Positions 45,132 to 54,710 of a stretch of DNA of 64,000 nt are shown here, one piece after another (within the stretch, counting starts at the first letter, position 1; every line of letters begins with the position of its first letter). A program made the position numbers and the translations under genes. The notes under the pieces were generated by a model. It had not been told where the DNA came from. It did not search any database and saw only the letters and a list, made by a program, of their open reading frames with translations. The stretch comes from Terrimicrobiaceae bacterium (GTDB lineage: Bacteria; Verrucomicrobiota; Verrucomicrobiia; Chthoniobacterales; Terrimicrobiaceae): the NCBI GenBank assembly GCA_041752695.1, contig JBGSVZ010000009.1:76984-140983 (forward strand), given 5' to 3'.

Positions 45132-46250
45132 TCACTCTCGCAGAGTCTGCACTTCGACGGAGAGCACCGCGGGCAGGTCCCGCACGATGGCTTCCCACGA
45201 ATCCCCGCCATTGGCCGAGACATAAACCTGGCCACCGGTCGTGCCAAAATACACTCCGCAGGGGTCCAACGAATCCACCGCCATCGCGTCCCGCAGGACG
45301 TTGACGTAACAATCCTGCTGCGGCAGGCCCTTGGTCAGCGCCTCCCACTCATTGCCGCCCGTGCGACTGCGATAGACCCGCAGTTTTCCCTCGGGCGGGA
45401 AATGTTCGGAATCGCTCTTGATCGGCACCACGTAGATCGTTTCGGGTTCGTTGGCATTGACCTCAATGGGGAACCCGAAGTCGCTCGGCAGGTCGCCGCT
45501 CACCTCGTGCCACGACGCGCCCGCGTCATCGCTGCGCATCACATCCCAATGTTTTTGCATGAAGAGAGTTTCCGGTCGCGAAGGATGCAAAGCGAGGCGA
45601 TGCACACAATGTCCGACCTCGGCCAGAGGATCAGGCAAAAACTCCGACTTCAATCCCCGATTGATCGGTTTCCAGGTTGTCCCTCCATCGTCGCTGCGAA
45701 ACGCCCCTGCCGCGGAAATTGCCACGAAGATCCGGTCCGGATTTTTCGGATCCAGCAGGATGGTGTGCAGACACATGCCCCCCGCCCCCGGCTGCCAGAG
45801 GGGCCCGGTGTCATGGCCGCGGAGACCCGGCAGTTCCAGCCAGGATTTCCCACCGTCGGTGGACTTAAAGAGCCCGGCATCTTCCACTCCGGCGAAAACC
45901 GTTTCCGGATCGCTCAGCGAAGGTTCCACATGCCAGACCCGTTTGAACTCCCACGGGTGCTGCGTCCCATCATACCATTGGTGAGTGCCTGTCGGGCCCT
46001 GATAGGCAAACTCGTTGCCGACCGCCTCCCAGGTTTTGCCCCCATCCTCGGAACGCTGCATCACCTGACCGAACCACCCACTGGTCTGGGAAGCATAAAG
46101 GCGGTCGGGATTCACCGGCGAGCCTTTCACATGATAAATCTCCCAGCCCCCAAAATGCGGCCCGCTGACGGTCCAATTCTGCCGTTTGCCGTCTGAGGTC
46201 AGGATAAATGCGCCCTTCCGGGTCCCGACCAAAACGCGAATCGTGCTCAT
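45132..46250 (-). CDS. BNR/Asp-box repeat beta-propeller (sialidase/YVTN-like), cytoplasmic
   Basis: [10 protein letters not shown] and repeated SxDGGxTW Asp boxes; no signal peptide. Start ATG 46250. Confidence 0.9.
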   Translation of the reverse strand: MSTIRVLVGTRKGAFILTSDGKRQNWTVSGPHFGGWEIYHVKGSPVNPDRLYASQTSGWFGQVMQRSEDGGKTWEAVGNEFAYQGPTGTHQWYDGTQHPWEFKRVWHVEPSLSDPETVFAGVEDAGLFKSTDGGKSWLELPGLRGHDTGPLWQPGAGGMCLHTILLDPKNPDRIFVAISAAGAFRSDDGGTTWKPINRGLKSEFLPDPLAEVGHCVHRLALHPSRPETLFMQKHWDVMRSDDAGASWHEVSGDLPSDFGFPIEVNANEPETIYVVPIKSDSEHFPPEGKLRVYRSRTGGNEWEALTKGLPQQDCYVNVLRDAMAVDSLDPCGVYFGTTGGQVYVSANGGDSWEAIVRDLPAVLSVEVQTLRE

Positions 46251-46254
46251 GGAA

Positions 46255-46617
46255 TCAGGCCTCCACCAAAGTTTGAAATCCGCCGTATGCCATGCGGAGA
46301 TAGTCGAAAGGCGAGTCTTCGGGGCAACACAATTGATGAATGCGGGGATCAGCCATGACCCTCGCATTCACCTCGTCGCGGTGAGCGCGCGACTCGTACG
46401 TGATATAGGCAAAAACCACGGTTTCCCCCGGTCGGGCGGACGCCAGGTGAGGGAACGTCACCATGTCCTTGTCGATCGGATCTTCGAGCAGGCACTCGCG
46501 ATATTCCAGCGCGCCGTGTTCACTCCAGATCTTCGAGGCTTTTGCGGCAATCTCCCGGTAGGCTTCCACGTTTTTTTCCGGCAGCGGAATGACAAATCCA
46601 TCGACATATTTGCTCAT
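46255..46617 (-). CDS. DUF1428 (YbaA-like) protein
   Basis: [26 protein letters not shown] and RMAYGGF. Confidence 0.92.
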   Translation of the reverse strand: MSKYVDGFVIPLPEKNVEAYREIAAKASKIWSEHGALEYRECLLEDPIDKDMVTFPHLASARPGETVVFAYITYESRAHRDEVNARVMADPRIHQLCCPEDSPFDYLRMAYGGFQTLVEA

Positions 46618-47273
46618 GATTTTTTGGGGTTAGGGTGATTGATTGGGCGGGGGTGAGCCTTGGGGGTTTTGCGACGAGAAGGAGGCCCGGCCTCCCCGCC
46701 GAATAGGTCGTCGACATGCGCCCGGGCACGTTCGAGATTTTTTAGAATGATCTCCGGATCCCGGCGCGTTTTCGCCACCAGCATGGATCCCTGCCAGAGG
46801 CTATTGAGATACCAGGCGACTTCCTCCGCCTCAAAATCCACCCGCGGTTTACGCGCCGCCTTGGCCTCTTCCAGCAACTGGCGGGCAAACTCGGTCCAAT
46901 TCCCCAGATAGGTCGCGCAGGCCCCGCGCAAAAGCGGATTCGCGTTGGCCAACTCCTGGGACATGATGCCCACGACACAGGTCACCGGCGAGGGAGCCGC
47001 AACCACCATACCGGCCATGATCTCGAAAAATCGATGCACGTGATCCAGCGGATAGCGGGCCGGCTTCGCGCGGGCTTCGGCATACAGGCCCATGCCAAAA
47101 GCCGCCCAATCCGCCAGGGCGGCCTGCCCGATCTCGTCCTTCGTCTTAAAATGGTGGAAAAAGGCTCCCTTGGTCACTCCGGCAGCGGCACAGATCTGAT
47201 CCACCCCCGCCCCCGAAAACCCCCGCTGCAGCACCAAATCCCGAGTCGCCGAAACCAGCTTCTTGCGCGTCAT
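46614..47273 (-). CDS. TetR/AcrR-family regulator (NemR-like)
   Basis: HTH ICAAAGVTKGAFFHHFKTKD, CVVG and WQGSML. Start either ATG 47273 or 47309. Confidence 0.93.
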   Translation of the reverse strand: MTRKKLVSATRDLVLQRGFSGAGVDQICAAAGVTKGAFFHHFKTKDEIGQAALADWAAFGMGLYAEARAKPARYPLDHVHRFFEIMAGMVVAAPSPVTCVVGIMSQELANANPLLRGACATYLGNWTEFARQLLEEAKAARKPRVDFEAEEVAWYLNSLWQGSMLVAKTRRDPEIILKNLERARAHVDDLFGGEAGPPSRRKTPKAHPRPINHPNPKKS

Positions 47274-47310
47274 TTCAGGGTTACGGGACCGGGTGGACTT
47301 TGCGTTCATT

Positions 47311-47326
47311 CAAACCGGTTGGTATG
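47311..47326. promoter_or_regulatory. Putative TetR operator
   Basis: caaacc-ggtt-ggtatg imperfect palindrome of the ACC-N4-GGT type immediately upstream of tetR. Confidence 0.6.
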
Positions 47327-47413
47327 TAAATTCAAGGAAGGGGCAGGGGTCAATGGAAATCCTCATTTCCCCATTTCCCTGGGTGTGAATAAAAGTGGGG
47401 GAGGTCTGCAAGA

Positions 47414-47596
47414 GGGCTGAAGGCCCGCTATTCCACAGCCCGGGTCAAAGGCCGGAAAAAATGGCGGCCTGAACGGCCGCGATAGGATGCCCGTCCCTCC
47501 CCATGGCTCAATCGCGGCCCTTCAGGCCGCTCGAAATGGACCATCGTGAACCCAGCCCTGCGGACTGGGCTATGATACTCCCGCACCTTTGGTACT
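47414..47596. repeat. Nested palindromic element, copy B
   Basis: Same module order as 30735-30934: gggctgaaggccc, attccacagcccggg, gcggcctgaacggccgcgat, atcgcggcccttcaggccgc, aacccagccc...gggctat, cgcacctttggt. Confidence 0.8.
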
Positions 47597-47691
47597 GGTC
47601 TTGAACCTCACCCACTATTGATCTCGCCCCATTTCCCTCCTCGCGTCTTTCGGAGTTTGCAGAAACCCGGTCCTGCGCTTAAGGAAAACTC

Positions 47692-47850
47692 ATGAAGGTC
47701 TTTCTGGTGTTGCTGGTGTTTGTTGGGGTTTCGGGCTGTACGACCGACTCGCAAGGACGGAAAGAGAGCGCCTGGGAGGCCCTGAAGCGCTGGGACCAGA
47801 GCATGGTCGACACCGAGAACCGGATTCAGAACAAGAAATATCACGACTGA
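47692..47850 (+). CDS. Small putative lipoprotein (52 aa), not in ORF track
   Basis: aagga RBS, then MKVFLVLLVFVGVSGC (lipobox VSGC) TTDSQGRKESAWEALKRWDQSMVDTENRIQNKKYHD. Confidence 0.7.
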   Translation: MKVFLVLLVFVGVSGCTTDSQGRKESAWEALKRWDQSMVDTENRIQNKKYHD

Positions 47851-47964
47851 TTCAGAGCGCGTCTCTCAGACTCCCTTTCCCCATCCGCGCCCCTCCGCTT
47901 CATTTGCCTTCGGCTGTCTCCGCTTCGCTCCGGCTGCGGTTAGACTCTTCTGCGTCGCCCCGAC

Positions 47965-49245
47965 TCAGCTCAAAAAAACCTTCACCAACTCCTCGATCAC
48001 CCCGTCGTTCATCGGTTGGACCTCCCCGAGAGCGCGACTGTTGATGACGGCTTCCGCGGTGGACTCCAGCACCTCCAGACGGTCGAAGGCGTCGAGAATG
48101 TTTTGTCCCAGCACGAGGGCGCAGTCGTTCCGGACCAGGGCAATCGGCGCCGCCGGCGAGAGGGAAGAGGCGATCAGTTCGGGGTCGTCGTAGATCGCCG
48201 CGAATGGCAGCACCGCGACATCGCGGAGGAAAATGTAACTCTCCGGAATGGTGCGCGTATCGAGCACGGCGTCGGACACGGAAAAAGCCGTGGCGTTGAC
48301 CGGGGTGGCATTCACAATGGCCCGGATTTCCGGGTGGCGCGCGTAAATCGGCGCATGTAGCAGATGGGCCCGACTAGGGCGTCCGCCGGTTTCGCAGCGT
48401 CCGCCACGCACGAGAACCAACTGGTCCGGCGTGATGGTTGCCCGGTCCACCAGTTCTCCCGTGATAAGGAACGATTCGGCATCGACCCGCACAGAAAAGC
48501 TGCCGGCCGTGCTGGTGAGCAAACGCTGTTGGTAGCCACGTCGGATGAAGTCGCACAACTCGGCCCGCAGCGCGCGCTCCTCGCTTGAGGCGCTCCCCGC
48601 GTCGAAGGTCTCCAGCGCGGTCACGGGCTTCTCGCCTACCTGGAGTTCGGCGTCCGACAGGTAGCGCACGTCGCCCAGCACACTGGCCTTGACGATGGTT
48701 TTGGCCACAAACTCCAGCATTTCAAACCGGCGGAAAGCCCCTTGAAAATCCGCTCCACCCACCACGACCCCGTGGTTTTCCAGCATCACACAGTCATGGC
48801 CGTGCGTGAAAACTTCCGCGATGCGCTCGCCCAGCAACGCGCTCCCCGGCAGCGCGTAGGGCGCAAAACCCACCTGGCCGCAGATCGCGTGCGCCTTGGC
48901 AAAAAGACGGGTGTCCGGCGTGCGTCCGCAAATGCTAAACGCGACAAGCGCCACCGGATGGGCGTGAATGATCGCACTGAGATCGGGCCGCAATTCGTAG
49001 ATGCGTTTGTGGAAAGGAAACTCAGACGACGGCTTGTGGCGGCCCTCGGATGTTCCGTCGGGCAGGACACGCACGATGTCTTCGCGGCGCAGGGCACCTT
49101 TGTCCACTCGGGCCGGCGTGATCCAGATGGAGCCGTCCCGGTCGCGGATGGAGAGGTTTCCTCCCGACGTCGTGGTCATGCGGTAGCGGTAGATGCGGGC
49201 CATGGCGTTGACCAGGCAGTCGGCGGGATGCAGGATGTCTCTCAT
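47965..49245 (-). CDS. Class II aldolase/adducin family protein with two tandem domains
   Basis: Domain 1 has GGNLS, PSSEFPFH, HAHP and NHG. Domain 2 has AGSFS, PSRAHLLH, NATP and RND. Confidence 0.9.
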   Translation of the reverse strand: MRDILHPADCLVNAMARIYRYRMTTTSGGNLSIRDRDGSIWITPARVDKGALRREDIVRVLPDGTSEGRHKPSSEFPFHKRIYELRPDLSAIIHAHPVALVAFSICGRTPDTRLFAKAHAICGQVGFAPYALPGSALLGERIAEVFTHGHDCVMLENHGVVVGGADFQGAFRRFEMLEFVAKTIVKASVLGDVRYLSDAELQVGEKPVTALETFDAGSASSEERALRAELCDFIRRGYQQRLLTSTAGSFSVRVDAESFLITGELVDRATITPDQLVLVRGGRCETGGRPSRAHLLHAPIYARHPEIRAIVNATPVNATAFSVSDAVLDTRTIPESYIFLRDVAVLPFAAIYDDPELIASSLSPAAPIALVRNDCALVLGQNILDAFDRLEVLESTAEAVINSRALGEVQPMNDGVIEELVKVFLS

Positions 49246-49249
49246 AAAA

Positions 49250-50359
49250 TCAGGGCACGACGGCCAGTTTGATGCCTTCCAGGGCGATGTTTGTCTCCAT
49301 GGCGTCGGTGATCTTATCCAGCGGAAACGTGTGGGTGACGAGATCCTCAATCGGGAGGCCGATGCGGACCAGGTGGCGGATCATGGCAATGGCCACGGGA
49401 TACTCCTGCGGTGTGTAAACCCAGGAGCCGACGGCGGTGATTTCCTTTTTGCAAAGATCTTCATGCGGGTTGATTTCGCAGGTGCCGTTGTCCATGAAAA
49501 ATCCGACCTCGCAGAGTCCTCCGCCTCGCCGGACGAATTTCCAGATCGCCGCGGCGGCCGCGGGAACCCCCGTGCATTGAAAAGCAAAATCCACCCCGCG
49601 TCCGCGCGTTGCCCCCCGGACAAATTCCACCACATCCCGCCCCTCCCCGATTTGCACGACCTGCGCGGCTCCCATGGCGCGGGCCATTTCCAGGCGGGCC
49701 GGCACGCCATCCACCGCGATGATGTTTTCCACGCCGTAGGCAAAGAGCGTGGCAATCATCATGAGGCCAATCGGCCCGCAGCCCTGCACCAGCACGGCGC
49801 TGGAAAAATTGAGCAGACCCGTCGTTTTCGCCCGCTCGAGAGCATGCACCGTCACCGCCATCGGTTCGATCAGCAGGCGCTGCTTGAGGGTCATGCCATT
49901 CACTTTAAAAACCGTGGAGCCGGCCCGAACGACAAGATGTGTCGCAAAGTACCCATTGAGATGCCGCCCCGGTTCGTCGGGCAGGAGCCCGTAAACCCCG
50001 AGCGAGTCACTGAGATTGGAGCGCGCCGGAAAATCGTGGGTGAACGGGCAATCGTCCGGCACCAGCACCGACGTGACAATTTGGTCGCCTGGAACCAGCA
50101 CTTCCCCGGCAAAATCCCGCACGTCGCCGCCGGACGCCAGAATTGTCCCCGATCCCTCGTGGCCCAGCACGACGGGAACGAGCCCAAACGGATCACGCTT
50201 GTATTCATGAACGTCGGTACCGCAGATCCCGCAGCCCTCCACTTGGACCAGCAACTCACCTGGACCGGGATAGGGGATGGGAAACTCGCGGAATTCGATC
50301 TGACGGGGGCCCGTCAGCACAGCGGCGCGCGCCGCGCCGGGAAAGGTTAAATCACTCAT
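49250..50359 (-). CDS. Zinc-dependent (sugar/polyol) alcohol dehydrogenase
   Basis: GICGTDVH, LGHEG, IEP and QGCGPIG. Confidence 0.92.
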   Translation of the reverse strand: MSDLTFPGAARAAVLTGPRQIEFREFPIPYPGPGELLVQVEGCGICGTDVHEYKRDPFGLVPVVLGHEGSGTILASGGDVRDFAGEVLVPGDQIVTSVLVPDDCPFTHDFPARSNLSDSLGVYGLLPDEPGRHLNGYFATHLVVRAGSTVFKVNGMTLKQRLLIEPMAVTVHALERAKTTGLLNFSSAVLVQGCGPIGLMMIATLFAYGVENIIAVDGVPARLEMARAMGAAQVVQIGEGRDVVEFVRGATRGRGVDFAFQCTGVPAAAAAIWKFVRRGGGLCEVGFFMDNGTCEINPHEDLCKKEITAVGSWVYTPQEYPVAIAMIRHLVRIGLPIEDLVTHTFPLDKITDAMETNIALEGIKLAVVP

Positions 50360-50445
50360 AGTGGTGCATTTATTAGCTAAACTAATTTTCTACATAAGCA
50401 AGAAAAACCCACACAAAAACAGATTTTCCCAACTCTGAGACCCTC

Positions 50446-50474
50446 TTGCCAGCGTTCCCCGACCTGCGTAAAGT
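50446..50474 (+). promoter_or_regulatory. Sigma70-like promoter of the yebC-family gene (very short leader)
   Basis: TTGCCA-17 nt-TAAAGT, 9 nt before ATG 50484. Confidence 0.55.
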
Positions 50475-50483
50475 CTTCCTTCT

Positions 50484-51212
50484 ATGGGACGTCAATGGCT
50501 GCATGCCAAAAGAGAAGTTGCCGGTTTAAAGAAGGGGCAGATGGTCGGAAAGCTGGTGAAGGAAATCATGGTCGCCGCCAAACATGGCGGGCCGGACCTG
50601 GACGGAAACGCCCGGCTTTTTGCCGCCTGCGAGAAGGCGCGCCGTCAGAGCGTGAAGAGCGATGTGATTGAGCGCGCCATCAAGAAGGGCGCGGGCATCG
50701 GCGAGGACAAGCTGATCCTCGATCATATCGTTTATGAAGGCTACGCTCCCCACAAAGTGCCGGTGATCGTCGAGGTTCTTACAGACAACAACAACCGCAC
50801 CGCGCCTGAGATTCGCAATCTTTTCAAAAGGGGCCAGCTTGGCACGCCGGGCAGCAACAAGTTTCTCTTCGACCACGTGGGCCTGGTGGAAGCGCACCGA
50901 CCCGACACCGCGGACATCGAGGAGGCCGCCATCGAGGCCGGAGCCAACGAAGTGGAACCCCTCACCCACGCGCAGAACGACGACATTCCCGAAGGGGCCA
51001 CCGGGGCGCGCTTCGTCACGGAACGCACGGCAACGGCCGCCGCGTCCAAATGGCTCGCCGCCAATGGGTGGACGGTGGTCACCAGCGAGCTCGGCTACGT
51101 TGCGAAACAATTCCCCACGCTGTCCGAGCAGGACGCCATCGAAGCCGGGGAGTTTCTCCACCTGCTCGACGAACACGACGACGTACACCGAGTGTGGGCT
51201 GCCATCCGATAA
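50484..51212 (+). CDS. YebC/PmpR family protein
   Basis: IERAIKKG, YEGYAP, LTDNNNRT and DDVHRVW. Confidence 0.93.
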   Translation: MGRQWLHAKREVAGLKKGQMVGKLVKEIMVAAKHGGPDLDGNARLFAACEKARRQSVKSDVIERAIKKGAGIGEDKLILDHIVYEGYAPHKVPVIVEVLTDNNNRTAPEIRNLFKRGQLGTPGSNKFLFDHVGLVEAHRPDTADIEEAAIEAGANEVEPLTHAQNDDIPEGATGARFVTERTATAAASKWLAANGWTVVTSELGYVAKQFPTLSEQDAIEAGEFLHLLDEHDDVHRVWAAIR

Positions 51213-51218
51213 CAGATC

Positions 51219-51569
51219 ATGAGCGACTCCGACTACTCCATCACCCCGCAATCCTTCGACCTCACCAACGCCCCGGCTCCGAGTGATCCCGGTGCGACGC
51301 CGTTCCGCGTGGTGGTCGATCCCGCCATGCGGGCCCGGCTGCGGCGGGCGCTGTTCGACCTCATCGAGAATCACGACCAACAGCTGGCCGAACATTTCTC
51401 CGCCGGACGCCTCGCGCTGGACAGCTACAAGGAATACATCGAGATCTTCGCCAACAGCCTCAAGCAGACAATGGAAAGCCCCGAGGGAGTGGCCTTTCTC
51501 ATGCAGGCTTGCGGCTTTGAGGTGAAACCGGAGGAGATCAATCTCCAGCCGGAAACCCGCTGGCGGTAG
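51219..51569 (+). CDS. Hypothetical protein
   Basis: 116-aa ORF with coding-like composition directly after yebC. Confidence 0.75.
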   Translation: MSDSDYSITPQSFDLTNAPAPSDPGATPFRVVVDPAMRARLRRALFDLIENHDQQLAEHFSAGRLALDSYKEYIEIFANSLKQTMESPEGVAFLMQACGFEVKPEEINLQPETRWR

Positions 51570-51644
51570 TCGGGGGCAATTTTCCCGAATCCACTTCCCA
51601 TCGGGACTCGTAATGAGGGCCGGGGATGTCAGAATTCCCCACGC

Positions 51645-52883
51645 ATGGTCTTCCGGAAACTTGTCCTCAACAGTCTAAAAACGCTCAAGCGCGGGTCGCT
51701 GGAGTTGGTGCTGCCCGATGGCAGTCGACGCCACTACGGAGGACTTTTCAAGGGCCTGCAGGCGCGGATTGAGGTGAAGAGCGAGGGATTTTTCCGGAGG
51801 TGTGTGCTGTTCGGCCCGATTGGTTTTGCCGAAAGCTACATGGCGGGCGAATGGGAAACACCGGACCTCACTAAGGTGATTGCCTGGTTTATTCTGAATT
51901 CCGAGGACGCAGCTGGCGTGGAAACCCGGACCGGACGCTCCACCGGCATCCTCAATCTCCTCAACACCTACAATCGCTTCCTGCATCTGCGACGCCCAAA
52001 CAGCCTCGGAAAAAGCCGCGCCAACATCCGGGAGCATTACGACCTGAGCAACGCGTTTTTCCAGCTCTGGCTGGATCCAACGATGACGTATTCCAGCGCG
52101 TGGTTCGATCCGCCGGATCTCTCGCTGGAGGACGCGCAGCGCAAAAAATACGACATGCTCTGCCAGCGGTTGCGCCTGGTCGCCAGCGACGAGGTCCTGG
52201 AGATCGGGTCCGGCTGGGGCGGGTTCAGCATGCATGCCGCGAAAAACTACGGCTGTCGCGTCACCACGGTGACGATCTCCGAGGAACAATATGCCGAGGC
52301 CTCGGCTCGCATCGAGGCGGCGGGGTTGCAGGACCGGATCGAAATCCTCCTCTGCGACTACCGGCTCCTGCAGGGGCGGTATGACAAGATTGCCTCCATC
52401 GAGATGCTGGAGGCGGTGGGGGAACGTTATGTGGATGGATTTTTCGCTCGTTGCAGCGAACTCCTGAAACCCCACGGCCTGCTCGGTTTGCAAGCCATTC
52501 TCTGCCCCGACCAGCAGTACGAGATTCTTCGCGATGGGGTGGACTTCATCCAAAAGCATATTTTTCCCGGGTCCCTCCTGATGTCGAACGGACGCATCGC
52601 GGAGGCCATGCAGCGCACGGGCCAGTTGAACCTGCTCGACTACGCCGACATGGCACCCTTTTACGCGCGCACGCTGCGGGTCTGGCGCGAGAATTTTCTG
52701 GCGGAATTGGAGGCGGTGAAAGCGTTGGGCTTCGACGACGTGTTCATCCGTAAGTGGATTTATTATTTGTGTTACTGCGAGGCGGCATTTGGCACCCGTC
52801 ACATCACGGTCGCGCAAATGGTCTATACGCGGCCGGACAATCTGGGGTTAAAGTCACCGGCGTATGACATTTTCGGAGATTGA
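51645..52883 (+). CDS. cfa: Cyclopropane-fatty-acyl-phospholipid synthase family methyltransferase
   Basis: HYDLSN, MTYSSA, LEIGSGWG, SIEMLEAVG and YLCYCEAAF. Confidence 0.92.
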   Translation: MVFRKLVLNSLKTLKRGSLELVLPDGSRRHYGGLFKGLQARIEVKSEGFFRRCVLFGPIGFAESYMAGEWETPDLTKVIAWFILNSEDAAGVETRTGRSTGILNLLNTYNRFLHLRRPNSLGKSRANIREHYDLSNAFFQLWLDPTMTYSSAWFDPPDLSLEDAQRKKYDMLCQRLRLVASDEVLEIGSGWGGFSMHAAKNYGCRVTTVTISEEQYAEASARIEAAGLQDRIEILLCDYRLLQGRYDKIASIEMLEAVGERYVDGFFARCSELLKPHGLLGLQAILCPDQQYEILRDGVDFIQKHIFPGSLLMSNGRIAEAMQRTGQLNLLDYADMAPFYARTLRVWRENFLAELEAVKALGFDDVFIRKWIYYLCYCEAAFGTRHITVAQMVYTRPDNLGLKSPAYDIFGD

Positions 52884-52886
52884 GCG

Positions 52887-53675
52887 ATGAACGCCTGGGT
52901 ATTGGTCGGAGTGGGGGTGAATGTCTCCATGGCCCTGATGGCCGTGGTCTGGTTCATTTGCAAAAAGATCAACAACGCGGGATTCGTTGACGTCGCCTGG
53001 TCGTATGGCTTTGCCGTGGTGGTGGGAATTTATGCCGCGGTCGGCTCCGGCGACCCGCTGCGCAAGGGGCTGATCACGGTGATGGTGGTGGTCTGGAGCC
53101 TGCGTCTCGGCACCCATCTTTTCCTTCGGGTGGCCCGGCACCATCCGACCGAGGACGCGCGCTACGCGGGCTTGCGCGAAGCCTTTCCGAAACGGGTCTG
53201 GCTGATGTTTTTCGGATTTTTTCTCCTCCAGGGCCTGCTCATCGGCATCCTCAGCGCACCGTTCGCGGTCGCCTGTGCCAATCCAGCCCCGGGCTTGTCG
53301 GTGTGGGAAATCCTGGGCGCGGCGCTCTGGCTGATTGGTCTGGGAGGTGAGGCGGTGGCCGATGGCCAGTTGAAACATTTTCGCGGGAAGCCGGAAAACA
53401 AAGGCGGCGTCTGCCAGACCGGGCTGTGGAAATACTCCCGCCATCCGAATTATTTTTTCGAGTGGGTGATCTGGATCGCCTTTTTTGTTTTTGCCTGCGG
53501 CTCGCCCTGGGGCTGGCTGACGGTTTTCGCGCCGCTCATCATGCTGTATTTCCTTCTCTGCGTCACCGGCGTTCCGCCCGCCGAGGAACAGTCGCTCAAA
53601 TCCCGCGGGGATGCCTACCGTGAGTACCAGCGCACCACCAGCGTGTTCCTGCCTTTGCCGCCCAAATCCTCATGA
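52887..53675 (+). CDS. DUF1295 membrane protein (steroid 5-alpha-reductase-like)
   Basis: VDVAWS, EDARY, GLWKYSRHPNYFFE and YREYQRTTS. Confidence 0.93.
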   Translation: MNAWVLVGVGVNVSMALMAVVWFICKKINNAGFVDVAWSYGFAVVVGIYAAVGSGDPLRKGLITVMVVVWSLRLGTHLFLRVARHHPTEDARYAGLREAFPKRVWLMFFGFFLLQGLLIGILSAPFAVACANPAPGLSVWEILGAALWLIGLGGEAVADGQLKHFRGKPENKGGVCQTGLWKYSRHPNYFFEWVIWIAFFVFACGSPWGWLTVFAPLIMLYFLLCVTGVPPAEEQSLKSRGDAYREYQRTTSVFLPLPPKSS

Positions 53676-54703
53676 TCTCGCTCGACGACCTGCTCGCCAA
53701 AAACCTCCTGCCCGACGCCGCCATCCGGATCGGCATCCGCAATCTCCTCGCCAAAAAATTGCGCGAGGAAGATCGCGGCGATGTGGAAAAACAACAGGCC
53801 GCCCTTCTGGACTTTATCGCCGATCTCGACCAGCGGCCGATTGCGATCAAGACCGACGAGGCCAACGAACAGCACTACGAAGTGCCGACGGAATTTTTCC
53901 AGCACTGCCTCGGACCCCGGCTCAAATACAGCAGCGGCTACTGGCCGCGCGAGGACACCACCTTTGCGGAATCGGAGGAAGCCATGCTCGCCCTGACTTG
54001 CGAGCGGGCGGACCTGGCGGATGGGCAGCATATTCTGGAACTGGGCTGCGGCTGGGGCAGTCTCACTCTATGGATGGCGGAAAAATTCCCCAACGCCCGG
54101 ATCACCGGCGTCTCCAATTCGCGCACCCAGCGGGAGTTCATCGAAGGGGAGGCGGCGCGGCGCGGACTTGGCAACGTCACCATTCTTACCGTCAACATGA
54201 ACACCTTCGAAGCCGGAGCGGAGGCCATCGACCGGGTGGTCTCCGTCGAAATGTTCGAGCACATGAAAAACTACCGCCGCCTGATGGCGAAGGTGGCCTC
54301 ATGGCTCAAACCGGATGGCCGACTTTTCGTCCACATCTTCACCCACCGGGATTTTGCCTATCACTTTGAAGGGAAGGACCCATCGGATTGGATCACGCGG
54401 TATTTTTTCGAGGGCGGAACGATGCCTTCGGATCACCTGCTGCTTTATTTTCAGGACGACCTCAAAATCGAACGCCACTGGCGCGTGAGCGGCATGCATT
54501 ACCAGCGCACTTCGGAGGCCTGGCTGCAAAACATGGACCGCAACGACGCCGCGATTCGTCCGCTTTTGGAAAAAACCTACGGCGCGGAGCAGGCGGCTAA
54601 ATGGCGGGCCTACTGGAGGGTGTTTTATATGTCCTGCGCCGAACTCTGGGGATACCGCGGGGGCAGCGAGTGGATCGTGAGCCACTATCGCTTCCGCAAA
54701 TAG
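53672..54703 (+). CDS. Cfa-like/coclaurine N-methyltransferase-like SAM methyltransferase
   Basis: ANEQHYEVP, LELGCGWGSL, SVEMFEHMKNY and EWIVSHY. Confidence 0.92.
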   Translation: MISLDDLLAKNLLPDAAIRIGIRNLLAKKLREEDRGDVEKQQAALLDFIADLDQRPIAIKTDEANEQHYEVPTEFFQHCLGPRLKYSSGYWPREDTTFAESEEAMLALTCERADLADGQHILELGCGWGSLTLWMAEKFPNARITGVSNSRTQREFIEGEAARRGLGNVTILTVNMNTFEAGAEAIDRVVSVEMFEHMKNYRRLMAKVASWLKPDGRLFVHIFTHRDFAYHFEGKDPSDWITRYFFEGGTMPSDHLLLYFQDDLKIERHWRVSGMHYQRTSEAWLQNMDRNDAAIRPLLEKTYGAEQAAKWRAYWRVFYMSCAELWGYRGGSEWIVSHYRFRK

Positions 54704-54710
54704 GCCCCGG

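Noticed and set aside
43447..45225. 592-aa plus-strand ORF
   Set aside because: Antisense to fbaA and the MoaD-like gene, which carry clear motifs.
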